Assembly (NCBI GenBank): GCA_018725455.1
Contig: QLUN01000001.1
Coordinates: forward strand, 1 to 26,187
Length of the DNA: 26,187 nucleotides
Direction: 5' to 3'
From: Chloroflexota bacterium
GTDB lineage: Bacteria; Chloroflexota; Dehalococcoidia; SZUA-161; SpSt-899
A program made the position numbers and the translations under genes. This document shows positions 1-7,201 of this stretch, piece by piece. Below the pieces are notes generated by a model. The model saw only the letters and a list, made by a program, of their open reading frames with translations. It was not told where the DNA came from and searched no databases. Positions within the stretch are counted from its first letter, which is position 1. The number at the start of each line of letters is the position of its first letter.

Positions 1-67
1 CGTTTGCCCATACGGTTTCGTCGTTGTAGAAGTCCCGGAACTCGGCGACTGTGGTCTTGGTGGTCAT
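1..67 (-). CDS. Hypothetical protein, 5' end only (MTKTTVAEFRDFYNDETVWAN...), runs off the window
   Basis: ATG at 65-67 (minus) preceded by AAGGAG; 14 nt downstream of the 82..381 stop; frame open to the window edge. Confidence 0.6.
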   Translation of the reverse strand, partial: MTTKTTVAEFRDFYNDETVWAN

Positions 68-81
68 TGGCTCTCTCCTTA

Positions 82-381
82 TCAATCCCCGCTAGTTAAT
101 TCGCGCAATTCAGCCTCAGACTGTAAGGCTAAGATTTCCAGCTTTCGCGCGATCTCTCCAACTCCTTGAGCAATGGTTAAAGCTAACTTTGCGCGCAGAT
201 CGGACAATTCCTTTTCATTGCCGATTGCATAATCGGCTGCGGCCTGTGCATTATCTGCCTTTTTGCTGGAATCGATAAGCTCCGCATAAGCTAATTCCGC
301 GATTTTCCAAGCCGAATCAACTCTGGTGCGCGCCTCGGCTACTCGCGCGTTGTGGGTGTCAGTGGTCTTAGTGCTTTCCAT
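82..381 (-). CDS. Hypothetical helical protein (99 aa)
   Basis: ORF track 82..387; GGAG lies 6 nt before the ATG at 381, and motif spacing also favours 381. Confidence 0.7.
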   Translation of the reverse strand: MESTKTTDTHNARVAEARTRVDSAWKIAELAYAELIDSSKKADNAQAAADYAIGNEKELSDLRAKLALTIAQGVGEIARKLEILALQSEAELRELTSGD

Positions 382-419
382 AAGCATCTCCGGTAAGCCG
401 CGATGTTGCGGCAGTGCTC

Positions 420-449
420 ATTGCTCCAGCGCTTTCGCAGCTTTGTTGC
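420..449 (-). promoter_or_regulatory. GCAACA-N18-AGCAAT element, copy 1
   Basis: Sense GCAACA aagctgcgaaagcgctgg AGCAAT; hairpin 397-412; 63 nt from ATG 381. Confidence 0.75.
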
Positions 450-455
450 GATAGC

Positions 456-1460
456 TCACGGCAAGAGCATTTTTCTACGTTCCGCTAGGCGTCCTAGCTG
501 CCTGCGGCGCTCCTCGCCATCAAGAGTTGTGTCGGCGTGCTCTGCGTATCGTGCTGGCATCGTGACGGTTTTCCATCCACCACGCTTCTGCATTTGTGCA
601 AGCGTAGCACCAGAAAGCATCATGTCCTGCGCCCCTCCCACCCTGCCCGAATGACCGCTAAGACCTTCCACGCCCACTAGCTTTCCACCTGTCTCAATGA
701 GCTTGGCTATCTGTCGAGTGGAGATCGGCTGACGACCGCTCCGGTAGGGAGAGGGAAAAAGCCAATCCTCCTCCGGGCACCTCTGGTCTGCAAAAGCGCG
801 ATGAGCCGAGATCCATTTCATCGTTTCTGGACTGATACTGCGAGTGCTACCAGCACCATCCTGATCCGTTTTTGATCGTTCAATCAGCATCTCGCCAGCA
901 TCGCCACGCACAGCGCGGATGTGGCTCAGCCGGAGCGATGAAATCTCACTGATTCTCAGCAGGCCGTCGTAGGCTAGTCCGATCATCGCGCCGATCATGG
1001 CATCACGAGGCCTTGAGGGTGAAAGGGTGGCAAGGATCGATCGCACAACATCCTCAGTCATTCCGATGGCCTGTTTCTGGCGTTTAGTCAGAATGTCGCG
1101 GCAGGCGTGTTTCCAAAAATCCCTGAACTCGGTGTTGTCTGTTGGGTCGGCGTGCCCCAACCTCCGGGATGCTGTTCTGATGGGGTAGAGGAGGGTTGTT
1201 TCAATGCTAGATCGCTTTTTTTTAGACTCAATGTGGCGCTTCACCACGTCAATCAGCAGAGCGTTGTTTGCGGGAATGGGTGGCAGTCCGGCGAGTTCGC
1301 AAGCCCTGCACCACCTTGTCCAGCCATCCGTGAGAACCTGAAGTGTTCGCGGAGCAAACGGCGTGACTTTGCTGCCATACATGACCGTAAAGAACGGTTC
1401 ATCGTAGGCGTCACTGACAATCGCGCGCTGCCGCGATGCGGTAGTCGTAGTCTCGCTCAA
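456..1460 (-). CDS. Cre-like tyrosine recombinase (TnpS/Cre-type resolvase), 334 aa, TTG start
   Basis: Catalytic set LLRISE (R), RSKTD (K), [10 protein letters not shown] (HxxR), GGWK (W as in Cre) and ARY (Y); C-terminal box resembles Cre SGHSARVGAARDM...QAGGW; start overlaps the csrA stop (TTGA). Confidence 0.9.
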   Translation of the reverse strand: MSETTTTASRQRAIVSDAYDEPFFTVMYGSKVTPFAPRTLQVLTDGWTRWCRACELAGLPPIPANNALLIDVVKRHIESKKKRSSIETTLLYPIRTASRRLGHADPTDNTEFRDFWKHACRDILTKRQKQAIGMTEDVVRSILATLSPSRPRDAMIGAMIGLAYDGLLRISEISSLRLSHIRAVRGDAGEMLIERSKTDQDGAGSTRSISPETMKWISAHRAFADQRCPEEDWLFPSPYRSGRQPISTRQIAKLIETGGKLVGVEGLSGHSGRVGGAQDMMLSGATLAQMQKRGGWKTVTMPARYAEHADTTLDGEERRRQLGRLAERRKMLLP

Positions 1461-1666
1461 GACTCTCCCCTCCCTTCTGCCTTAATATCGCACCTTGGTT
1501 TTTTACCGCTGGCGATCCGTTCTGCGACCTCCAGGCGATGTACCGCTACAGACCTTGGTGCATTGATTCCGATCCGAACTTGACCGCCCATTACTGAAAT
1601 AACCGTAACGGTAATTTGGTCGCCGATGGTTAGTGTTTCGCCTGGTTGGCGCGTCAGAATGAGCAT
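1457..1666 (-). CDS. csrA: Carbon storage regulator CsrA/RsmA (69 aa)
   Basis: MLILTR.PGE...IGD.I.V.V....G.QVRIGI.AP..VAVHR.E signature; GAGGAG RBS. Confidence 0.97.
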   Translation of the reverse strand: MLILTRQPGETLTIGDQITVTVISVMGGQVRIGINAPRSVAVHRLEVAERIASGKKPRCDIKAEGRGES

Positions 1667-1669
1667 TAA

Positions 1670-2785
1670 TTACTCCTCTTTTCGTGTTTTTTGAAACTTA
1701 AGAAATTGCAATCGTTCCGCGATATTGGCAAGAGCTTCCGGCACCTTGGCGTTCATTTTTTCCATCTCGATGTTTCTTCGCCGCAAATCTTCTATTTCGC
1801 GGTTTAGTGTATTGTTTTCGGCTTGAAGATTGTGCTTGAGGATGTCTTTTTCGGCATCCGCTGAAATGCGATTTTCAAGCTCTCCCTCAAGTGCGATAAT
1901 TCGCTTCTCAAAAGCGTTTTTCGCCTCGGCCCATCGGGAAGCGGCCTCGGATTGTGTCGAGCGCATGCTTTGCACCTCTCGCAAGTGGGCCGTTTTGACC
2001 TCATTGATCGACTCGCGAAGGGCTGTCATTGAGGCTGCCGCCTCGGAAGCCACTCGATCAAGCTCGGCTTGCTTGGCTGCAACAGCAGCTTTCGCAGCAT
2101 CGGCCACAAGGCGTGATGCGGTGAGATCCTCACTGAGAGTGGATAGGCTGTCATTGGCTGTTTTGATGGCCGCCTGGGCCTGCTCGAGGCGTCTTTCGGC
2201 GTCTTTTGCGATGGCTTCAGCGGCTTGTCGTCTAGCTTCAGATTCTCTTCGGTCAGATGCCGCCGAGGCCGCTGATGCGCGAGCCGCTGCTAGCTCTGCA
2301 CTGGCGAGTTCAAGATTAGCCTTGAATATGGGAATAATCCTCTCGTTTTCCTCGGCTTTTTTCGCCAATTCATTTTCTTTGGACTCAGCCATTTTTAGGG
2401 TCTTTTGTGTCGCTTCACGCTCTGCCTCAACGTCAGACCATTCCCTGGCAAGAGCTTCATCAGCAGCCCGACGAGCATCCTCTCGGAGTTCGGCGATAAG
2501 TTCGTGTGCGGCCTTCGGAATATCGCTTGAATTAACAACAGTGATCTGGCCGTGCAGAAGGGCCGGTGCCCGTTCTGCGAACCATCGGCGGACAAGCGGG
2601 TGTAGCGTGTTCGGGCTACCTCCCAATATTCCGCGCACATTGGCTTCGCTAGGGGTTTTCCCGTTCTCAATCAGATGAAGGATGGCATCCTCGACATGAT
2701 TGATGGTTAGGGTTTCACGAGGTTCCCTAATGGGAGCACGGTGTTTCGTCTTTCCGGCAATGCCGGTTGAACTCGACTGATTCAT
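1670..2785 (-). CDS. KfrA_N-domain DNA-binding coiled-coil protein (KfrA/TnpT-like), 371 aa
   Basis: N-terminal GKTPSEANVRGILGGSPNTLHPLVRRW (KfrA_N-like), then about 250 aa of Ala/Glu-rich heptads; CAGGAG RBS before ATG 2785. Confidence 0.8.
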   Translation of the reverse strand: MNQSSSTGIAGKTKHRAPIREPRETLTINHVEDAILHLIENGKTPSEANVRGILGGSPNTLHPLVRRWFAERAPALLHGQITVVNSSDIPKAAHELIAELREDARRAADEALAREWSDVEAEREATQKTLKMAESKENELAKKAEENERIIPIFKANLELASAELAAARASAASAASDRRESEARRQAAEAIAKDAERRLEQAQAAIKTANDSLSTLSEDLTASRLVADAAKAAVAAKQAELDRVASEAAASMTALRESINEVKTAHLREVQSMRSTQSEAASRWAEAKNAFEKRIIALEGELENRISADAEKDILKHNLQAENNTLNREIEDLRRRNIEMEKMNAKVPEALANIAERLQFLKFQKTRKEE

Positions 2786-2954
2786 GATTTCTCCTGGTTG
2801 CAGAGCAGCCCGCATTCGATTGTTGGTTCGTCGGCGTATCGCCAGGAAACCTCCGGCAATTGGTCAAGAAAGACGCACCGTCGAACGCTAGGTTCCGCTC
2901 GACTGGTTTGCGGCACGGCCTATTGCGTGACGGGCCGTAGATCCCGATGCACAT

Positions 2955-3209
2955 TCAAGGCCTCCACACACGAAAAGATGCCGGCGCGGCAGGCGTGCCT
3001 CGTCTGTACTCCACAGCAATCCCTTGCTCAGAGAGGAGCCTTGAGAGCTTGTAGATGGCTTTTGTGGTGGTGCTGGCGACTACGAGCTTCACTTTTGGAT
3101 CTTCTGAACCCGCAACCTCAGACAATTGAAGCCTGACGGGTTGTGACTTGCCTTCCGCGAGTGCGGCGATTCGCTCGGCAATCTGGTTGACGTTCCATTT
3201 TCTGCTCAT
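2955..3209 (-). CDS. Hypothetical protein (84 aa)
   Basis: ORF track 2955..3251; GAGGGG RBS before ATG 3209; a sigma70 promoter overlaps the longer start. Confidence 0.65.
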   Translation of the reverse strand: MSRKWNVNQIAERIAALAEGKSQPVRLQLSEVAGSEDPKVKLVVASTTTKAIYKLSRLLSEQGIAVEYRRGTPAAPASFRVWRP

Positions 3210-3240
3210 CGGCCCCTCTGCGTGGCGCTTCATTCCGTCA

Positions 3241-3269
3241 ATCCTACCCATTTGGCTAATTCATGTCAA
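3241..3269 (-). promoter_or_regulatory. Sigma70-type promoter TTGACA-N17-TAGGAT
   Basis: Perfect -35, 17-nt spacer, 4/6 -10; faces the 3209 gene and possibly the kfrA-csrA-recombinase operon. Confidence 0.75.
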
Positions 3270-3273
3270 ACAC

Positions 3274-3297
3274 TGTACGTCATACATATGATGTACA
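3274..3297. repeat. 24-bp imperfect palindrome TGTACGTCATA-CA-TATGATGTACA (operator or accessory site)
   Basis: 11-bp arms with one mismatch; directly abuts the lox-like site. Confidence 0.75.
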
Positions 3298-3331
3298 TTA
3301 AATTCGTATAATGACACTTAGCGGAAATTAG
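3298..3331. other. lox-like recombination site TTAAATTCGTATA-ATGACACT-TAGCGGAAATTAG
   Basis: 13-8-13 layout; arms 11/13 and 8/13 identical to loxP arms; asymmetric spacer; Cre-like recombinase 1.8 kb away. Confidence 0.7.
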
Positions 3332-3510
3332 AGGTGCGCCAAAGGGGTGAGTGAGCGATCCAAAGCGCGGTTCGCCAGCAGTAGCTCATCGCGGGCTGCG
3401 GCAAGAAGCAGCAACGATCGCAAAGGATGGTTTGGACAAGCCGCCGCCGCTTTGTGCTGCTGATTTTTAGGCCCTATAGTTAGGTTGCATCGGATCTAGC
3501 GGAGATGGAC

Positions 3511-3540
3511 GCAACACGCCGAAAGAGTGGCCGCATCAAC
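3511..3540 (+). promoter_or_regulatory. GCAACA-N18-ATCAAC element, copy 2
   Basis: GCAACA cgccgaaagagtggccgc ATCAAC; hairpin 3548-3562; 64 nt from ATG 3580. Confidence 0.75.
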
Positions 3541-3579
3541 AACGGATGCCGCAATCAGCGGCGCAAAAGGATTGAACAA

Positions 3580-3996
3580 ATGACTCGCCTCACCTACCTT
3601 ATCGGCCACACCAGCCCGCTGCCGCCCTCTCTAACTGATCCAAATAACTACGGGATGATGGATTTCCGTCAGCCATCAGCGAATGGCCAAGAAACGATTC
3701 TGCTTCAGGAGCCAGGTCGCATCATTAATGAGTTCAGAGGAAAAAAATACAGCAGATCGCCGCTTGGAGTATGCTACCGGGATCACTGTTTTGCCCTTAT
3801 CGATAAGAGCTACCAATACATCATTCGTGTTGAAAATAGTGTGGGCACTCTAGATTTTCGCGTATCCCCGTATTTCCCGACGATTTTGATGCCGCTGGAA
3901 AGTGACGCGCGATTTATTCTTATGCACTTAATCTATAATGCGCGCTATCGCCAATGCGGAATCGCGCTGCCGAAAGCGCACTCGGACTGCGATTAA
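3580..3996 (+). CDS. Hypothetical protein (138 aa), paralog of 5914..6315
   Basis: AAGGA RBS; shares L.GH...LP.SL, ET.L.EPGR and LM...SD.RF..L blocks with 5914..6315. Confidence 0.75.
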   Translation: MTRLTYLIGHTSPLPPSLTDPNNYGMMDFRQPSANGQETILLQEPGRIINEFRGKKYSRSPLGVCYRDHCFALIDKSYQYIIRVENSVGTLDFRVSPYFPTILMPLESDARFILMHLIYNARYRQCGIALPKAHSDCD

Positions 3997-4050
3997 ACCC
4001 TGATTTAACCCGCCCTGCGCTGGATGCGCCGGGCATGCTTGGAGAATACA

Positions 4051-4233
4051 ATGAGCGATCCCTACAGAAAGGCATCCGCAGCCAAGGCCAAGGCTGCAAA
4101 AACCGCCACCGCAAAGATCGAGGCTGCTTTCGCTGCGGACATCTTCCGCGTATTCGAAGAATCCGCCAGGGCCAGGGCTGCCAAAGCCAAGAAGGAAGGA
4201 CAGATAACCAAAAAACCCACTACTGTTAAGTAG
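4051..4233 (+). CDS. Small basic Ala/Lys-rich protein (60 aa)
   Basis: GGAG 6 nt before ATG 4051; stop codon falls inside the terminator hairpin. Confidence 0.6.
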   Translation: MSDPYRKASAAKAKAAKTATAKIEAAFAADIFRVFEESARARAAKAKKEGQITKKPTTVK

Positions 4234-4244
4234 TGGGTTTTTTT
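4210..4244. terminator. Bidirectional intrinsic terminator
   Basis: AAAAAACCCACTAC-tgttaa-GTAGTGGGTTTTTTT between convergent genes. Confidence 0.9.
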
Positions 4245-4246
4245 AT

Positions 4247-5074
4247 TCATGGATGCGACACTGGTGGAGCTTTGAATTTTTCACGCAGTCGAACAAGCTC
4301 GCCAGCCACGCCAAGGTTGTACACCTCAATCCCTTTATTTTTTGCAATCCTCAGCGACTGGCCTGTGCCGCCGGCCATTAAGCCATCCCTTGTCCAGCAA
4401 ACGATGAAATCGACCGGGCTTTCAAGATCAGCGCCGAGCAATTGATGGACATTGCGAGCATGGAGTGCTTTCGCCCCATTCTTGCAAGAATCCCATGCTG
4501 GATGAGACTTCGCCGCCAGTGCAAAGGCTTCAGGTGATGGTGTTTGGCTCGAAGAGTGCCCATTAAAGCCAGCCCAGGGCACCCACACCTCTGCATCCCC
4601 TCCGGCGGCCAGTGCGCCCTCCTCGAAAGCAGAGTCGGCACCTATAGCAGCGCCGGAGCGCAAGGTGTAGCCCTTCCCCGCTAAGTACCCGGCAATCTTC
4701 CGCATCGAATCGAGGATTTCTTGCGGAGTTCTTCGTGAGCCGATGCCAGCGTAGGATTTGAATTGACTGGGTTGATTCGTTGAGTTGGCGATTTGCATCA
4801 AGACATCGGCATGGCAAGCGTGCGGGGCACACCAGCACACTAAATCCTTCCCACCGAGTTCAGACCTGATGCGGGTGAGTAGGCCCGGCTCCACATCCAT
4901 TCTATCAATCAACCATCTCCTATAGCGCAAGATCGCCTCATCGCGCGATGAAACTCGGAACTTAGCAATCGTACTGCTCAAGTGCGAGAATGGGTTTCCC
5001 CATTCGGACGGTCGACCAACATACACCGCCGATGGCGGTGTAGCGCCGTGGTGCTTGTTGTAGACGCGAGGCAT
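4247..5074 (-). CDS. DUF4326 + SLOG (DprA/Smf-like) fusion protein, 275 aa
   Basis: N-terminal YVGRPSEWGNPF...GKDLVCWCAPHACHADVL (DUF4326); C-terminal YAGIGSRRTP...LRSGAAIGADSAFE...GGTGQ (SLOG); CAGGAG RBS before ATG 5074. Confidence 0.85.
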   Translation of the reverse strand: MPRVYNKHHGATPPSAVYVGRPSEWGNPFSHLSSTIAKFRVSSRDEAILRYRRWLIDRMDVEPGLLTRIRSELGGKDLVCWCAPHACHADVLMQIANSTNQPSQFKSYAGIGSRRTPQEILDSMRKIAGYLAGKGYTLRSGAAIGADSAFEEGALAAGGDAEVWVPWAGFNGHSSSQTPSPEAFALAAKSHPAWDSCKNGAKALHARNVHQLLGADLESPVDFIVCWTRDGLMAGGTGQSLRIAKNKGIEVYNLGVAGELVRLREKFKAPPVSHP

Positions 5075-5087
5075 GGATTTCTCCTGG

Positions 5088-5116
5088 AAAAACGCCCCGA
5101 GGAAAACCCCGGGGCG
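5088..5116 (-). terminator. Intrinsic terminator between the 6315 operon and the DUF4326-SLOG gene
   Basis: CGCCCCG/CGGGGCG stem followed by T5 on the minus strand. Confidence 0.65.
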
Positions 5117-5127
5117 CTGGTTATGGG

Positions 5128-5355
5128 TCACTCGTGAGCGGCCTTCTTGAGCGAATCGCTCCACCAGTTGCCGGTGATGGCGAAGTGGTACTCATCAGCC
5201 ATGAAGCCAGCGACTCCCGTCTCTCGGACCTCGCGGATGCGTTTCTGGGAGACATTTTGCCGTGCCGCCAGGTCGCTGATTGTGACCCGATGCTTTCGCA
5301 TGAGGCTTGAAACCATCGTTCCCGGCATCCGAAGCCCCGCGTAAGCGGCGCTCAT
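5128..5355 (-). CDS. Small HTH-like protein (75 aa)
   Basis: Start coupled to the upstream stop (TGATG); LMRKHRVTISDLAARQNVSQKRIREV resembles a helix-turn-helix. Confidence 0.6.
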   Translation of the reverse strand: MSAAYAGLRMPGTMVSSLMRKHRVTISDLAARQNVSQKRIREVRETGVAGFMADEYHFAITGNWWSDSLKKAAHE

Positions 5356-5666
5356 CACTCGTACCGTGGTCGACGCAGCGGATAAGGCTGCGGTTGTTCC
5401 CCACGCTGCATCACTGCGCCGTATTGGCCGCCGGCGTAAATCGCACTGCCGACGTCCCTTGTGCCTTCTGATGCCTTTCGAGCTTGATCCCAAAGGCGAT
5501 CCCGGTAACGACTCGCTTTGGCTTTCGACCGGAAGACACGTAGGAAGCGGCGATGCTCAGGCTCGGTGCTCGGCACGTTCGTATCGAAGTGCCAGCCCCC
5601 TTCCTCCGGGCCGCCATAGGCACGATCCAACTCGTGCAGGGCGACCACAAACCGACGGCGGCTCAC
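5355..5666 (-). CDS. Hypothetical protein with a YGGPEEGGW motif (103 aa)
   Basis: ORF track; ATGA overlap with the upstream gene; motif typical of a mobile-element hypothetical family (recognition only). Confidence 0.75.
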   Translation of the reverse strand: MSRRRFVVALHELDRAYGGPEEGGWHFDTNVPSTEPEHRRFLRVFRSKAKASRYRDRLWDQARKASEGTRDVGSAIYAGGQYGAVMQRGEQPQPYPLRRPRYE

Positions 5667-5917
5667 GCTGCGACTCCGTGCTCACGGCGAAGCGTGAATG
5701 CGTGATAGGACTCCCGCGTCCAAACCCCAATCGGCGAGCCATTAACGCTCGGCCGATCGACGATCCGGTACTGATGCAGGCCCGGTGACTCGCACCACTC
5801 ATCCCACTCAACGAGCGGGACGCCAGCGTCCGTATGACCAACGACCGTGCCGTAGTAGTCGGCGATCATCGCGCCCCAGACACCCACAACGCGGGTTCCA
5901 ACGGCCACGACGTTCAT
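5663..5917 (-). CDS. Hypothetical beta-rich protein (84 aa)
   Basis: ORF track; ATGA overlaps at both ends. Confidence 0.7.
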   Translation of the reverse strand: MNVVAVGTRVVGVWGAMIADYYGTVVGHTDAGVPLVEWDEWCESPGLHQYRIVDRPSVNGSPIGVWTRESYHAFTLRREHGVAA

Positions 5918-6315
5918 GCGGCCACCTTCATTGCAGCGTTAGCGGCGTTGCGGCCCGCGATGATCCCGTCCTCGCGAACGCAGTGCATCGTAAGCAGCAT
6001 GACGAAGCGCTGATCTGAGTGCATAGACATGAGGACTTCAATAGCAGCGTCCCCATAAGGCAGCCAGACTTCTTCTTGACCCGAGCCCGTCTTCATAAAG
6101 ATGGCGTAGACGCCGCTACGCAGACCGATGGCGAAGTTGTAAGCAAAACGGTTTAACGGCCCAGACGGGCTGACCACTCGCCGGCCCGGCTCCTCGAGAA
6201 CGGTTTCCCAATCAACAGGGACGTAAGGCAGTCGCCCGGGTTCAAGGTTTGGGTTTCCTTCCAGGCTTGCCGGAAGGCCGTCGCTGTGACCGGCGAGAGT
6301 GCGAATAGTGGACAT
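5914..6315 (-). CDS. Hypothetical protein (133 aa), paralog of 3580..3996
   Basis: ORF track; first gene of a coupled four-gene operon. Confidence 0.75.
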   Translation of the reverse strand: MSTIRTLAGHSDGLPASLEGNPNLEPGRLPYVPVDWETVLEEPGRRVVSPSGPLNRFAYNFAIGLRSGVYAIFMKTGSGQEEVWLPYGDAAIEVLMSMHSDQRFVMLLTMHCVREDGIIAGRNAANAAMKVAA

Positions 6316-6353
6316 GATTGATTTCCAAGTGAGTACCGTATTGGCGCATCACT

Positions 6354-6383
6354 AATGCCGAAGCCCTTGCCCAAGTCTGTTGC
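6354..6383 (-). promoter_or_regulatory. GCAACA-N18-GGCATT element, copy 3
   Basis: GCAACA gacttgggcaagggcttc GGCATT; 63 nt from ATG 6315. Confidence 0.7.
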
Positions 6384-6427
6384 GTGCCCTTTCTGGGCAG
6401 CCTTTGCATCTGCCCGCCACCAACATT

Positions 6428-6460
6428 AAAAATGGCGGCCCAAGGCCGCCCTTTTCTTTT
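6428..6460. terminator. Intrinsic terminator downstream of dsbC
   Basis: GGCGGCC-caa-GGCCGCC flanked by A and T tracts. Confidence 0.7.
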
Positions 6461-6475
6461 GTTGTGAAGCAAGGG

Positions 6476-7201
6476 TTAGAGAGGATCTAAGCCCAGACCT
6501 TGCAGCAACATCGGTGCTGGCAACGCTCCGCCGAAGTCCTTGCCGTTCTGATCAAACACGCCGGGTGTGCCGCGAACACCAAGCGCCGCGCCGGCGGCGA
6601 TGGCCGGCATCAAATCAATCGAGCAACCCGGCTTTGGCGTTGCATGGTTCTCAGGGCTGACCATGTAGGCAGACAGCGCAGCTTTCGGATCAGCCGAACA
6701 CCAAATGTCACGCATCACGACATAGGCGGGGCTCGCCTTCCCGCCGCGGGGCCACGGGTAATAGGTGACGCTCACGCCTTGTGCGTTTAGCTCCGGGATC
6801 GTCGCCTTATGGAAGCTCACGCAAAACGAGCACGAAACATCAGTGAATACAATGAGGTGTCCGCGTTCATTCTCTGCGGGATAGCGGATAGCCAAGTGAG
6901 AAGGAAGGTGTGCAATCGATGCACGCCTCACCTCTTCCATGCGCTCAACCGTGTAGGAGTGGTGATCCGCCACTCGGACAACATTACCAAAAACAACGTG
7001 ACGACCATTGTTCAGCACATAAGCGACATTGCCGCCGTTGTAAGTGACCTCAGTCCAGCCTCGAAGCGGGCCGTCCGCAACGCGATCAACAATCGCTCCT
7101 GGCACTAGCGCGGTAATCGCAGCAGCTTCTTTGGATTCTGATGCAAATGCTGCGCCAGCAAGGCCCACTGCAAGTGCAGTGGCAATCAATGTTTTTTTCA
7201 T
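6476..7201 (-). CDS. dsbC: DsbC-family thiol:disulfide isomerase (241 aa)
   Basis: Signal peptide MKKTLIATALAVG; VFTDVSCSFC (CxxC); WPRGG; GVRGTP (cis-Pro loop). Confidence 0.9.
   Translation of the reverse strand: MKKTLIATALAVGLAGAAFASESKEAAAITALVPGAIVDRVADGPLRGWTEVTYNGGNVAYVLNNGRHVVFGNVVRVADHHSYTVERMEEVRRASIAHLPSHLAIRYPAENERGHLIVFTDVSCSFCVSFHKATIPELNAQGVSVTYYPWPRGGKASPAYVVMRDIWCSADPKAALSAYMVSPENHATPKPGCSIDLMPAIAAGAALGVRGTPGVFDQNGKDFGGALPAPMLLQGLGLDPL

Noticed and set aside
456-1460. Integron integrase or prophage integrase
   Set aside because: No IntI-specific insertion, no attC sites, no tRNA/att boundary and no phage structural genes; the catalytic box is Cre/TnpS-like.
3307-3312. TATAAT as a rightward sigma70 -10 box
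   Set aside because: No matching -35 or extended -10; the hexamer is explained by the lox-like arm/spacer junction, and loxP has it too.
3320-3510. CsrB/RsmZ-like sRNA (six GGA triplets and one bulged stem)
   Set aside because: The GGA count is only modestly above chance, the GGAs are not clearly in hairpin loops, and there is no clear promoter or terminator.
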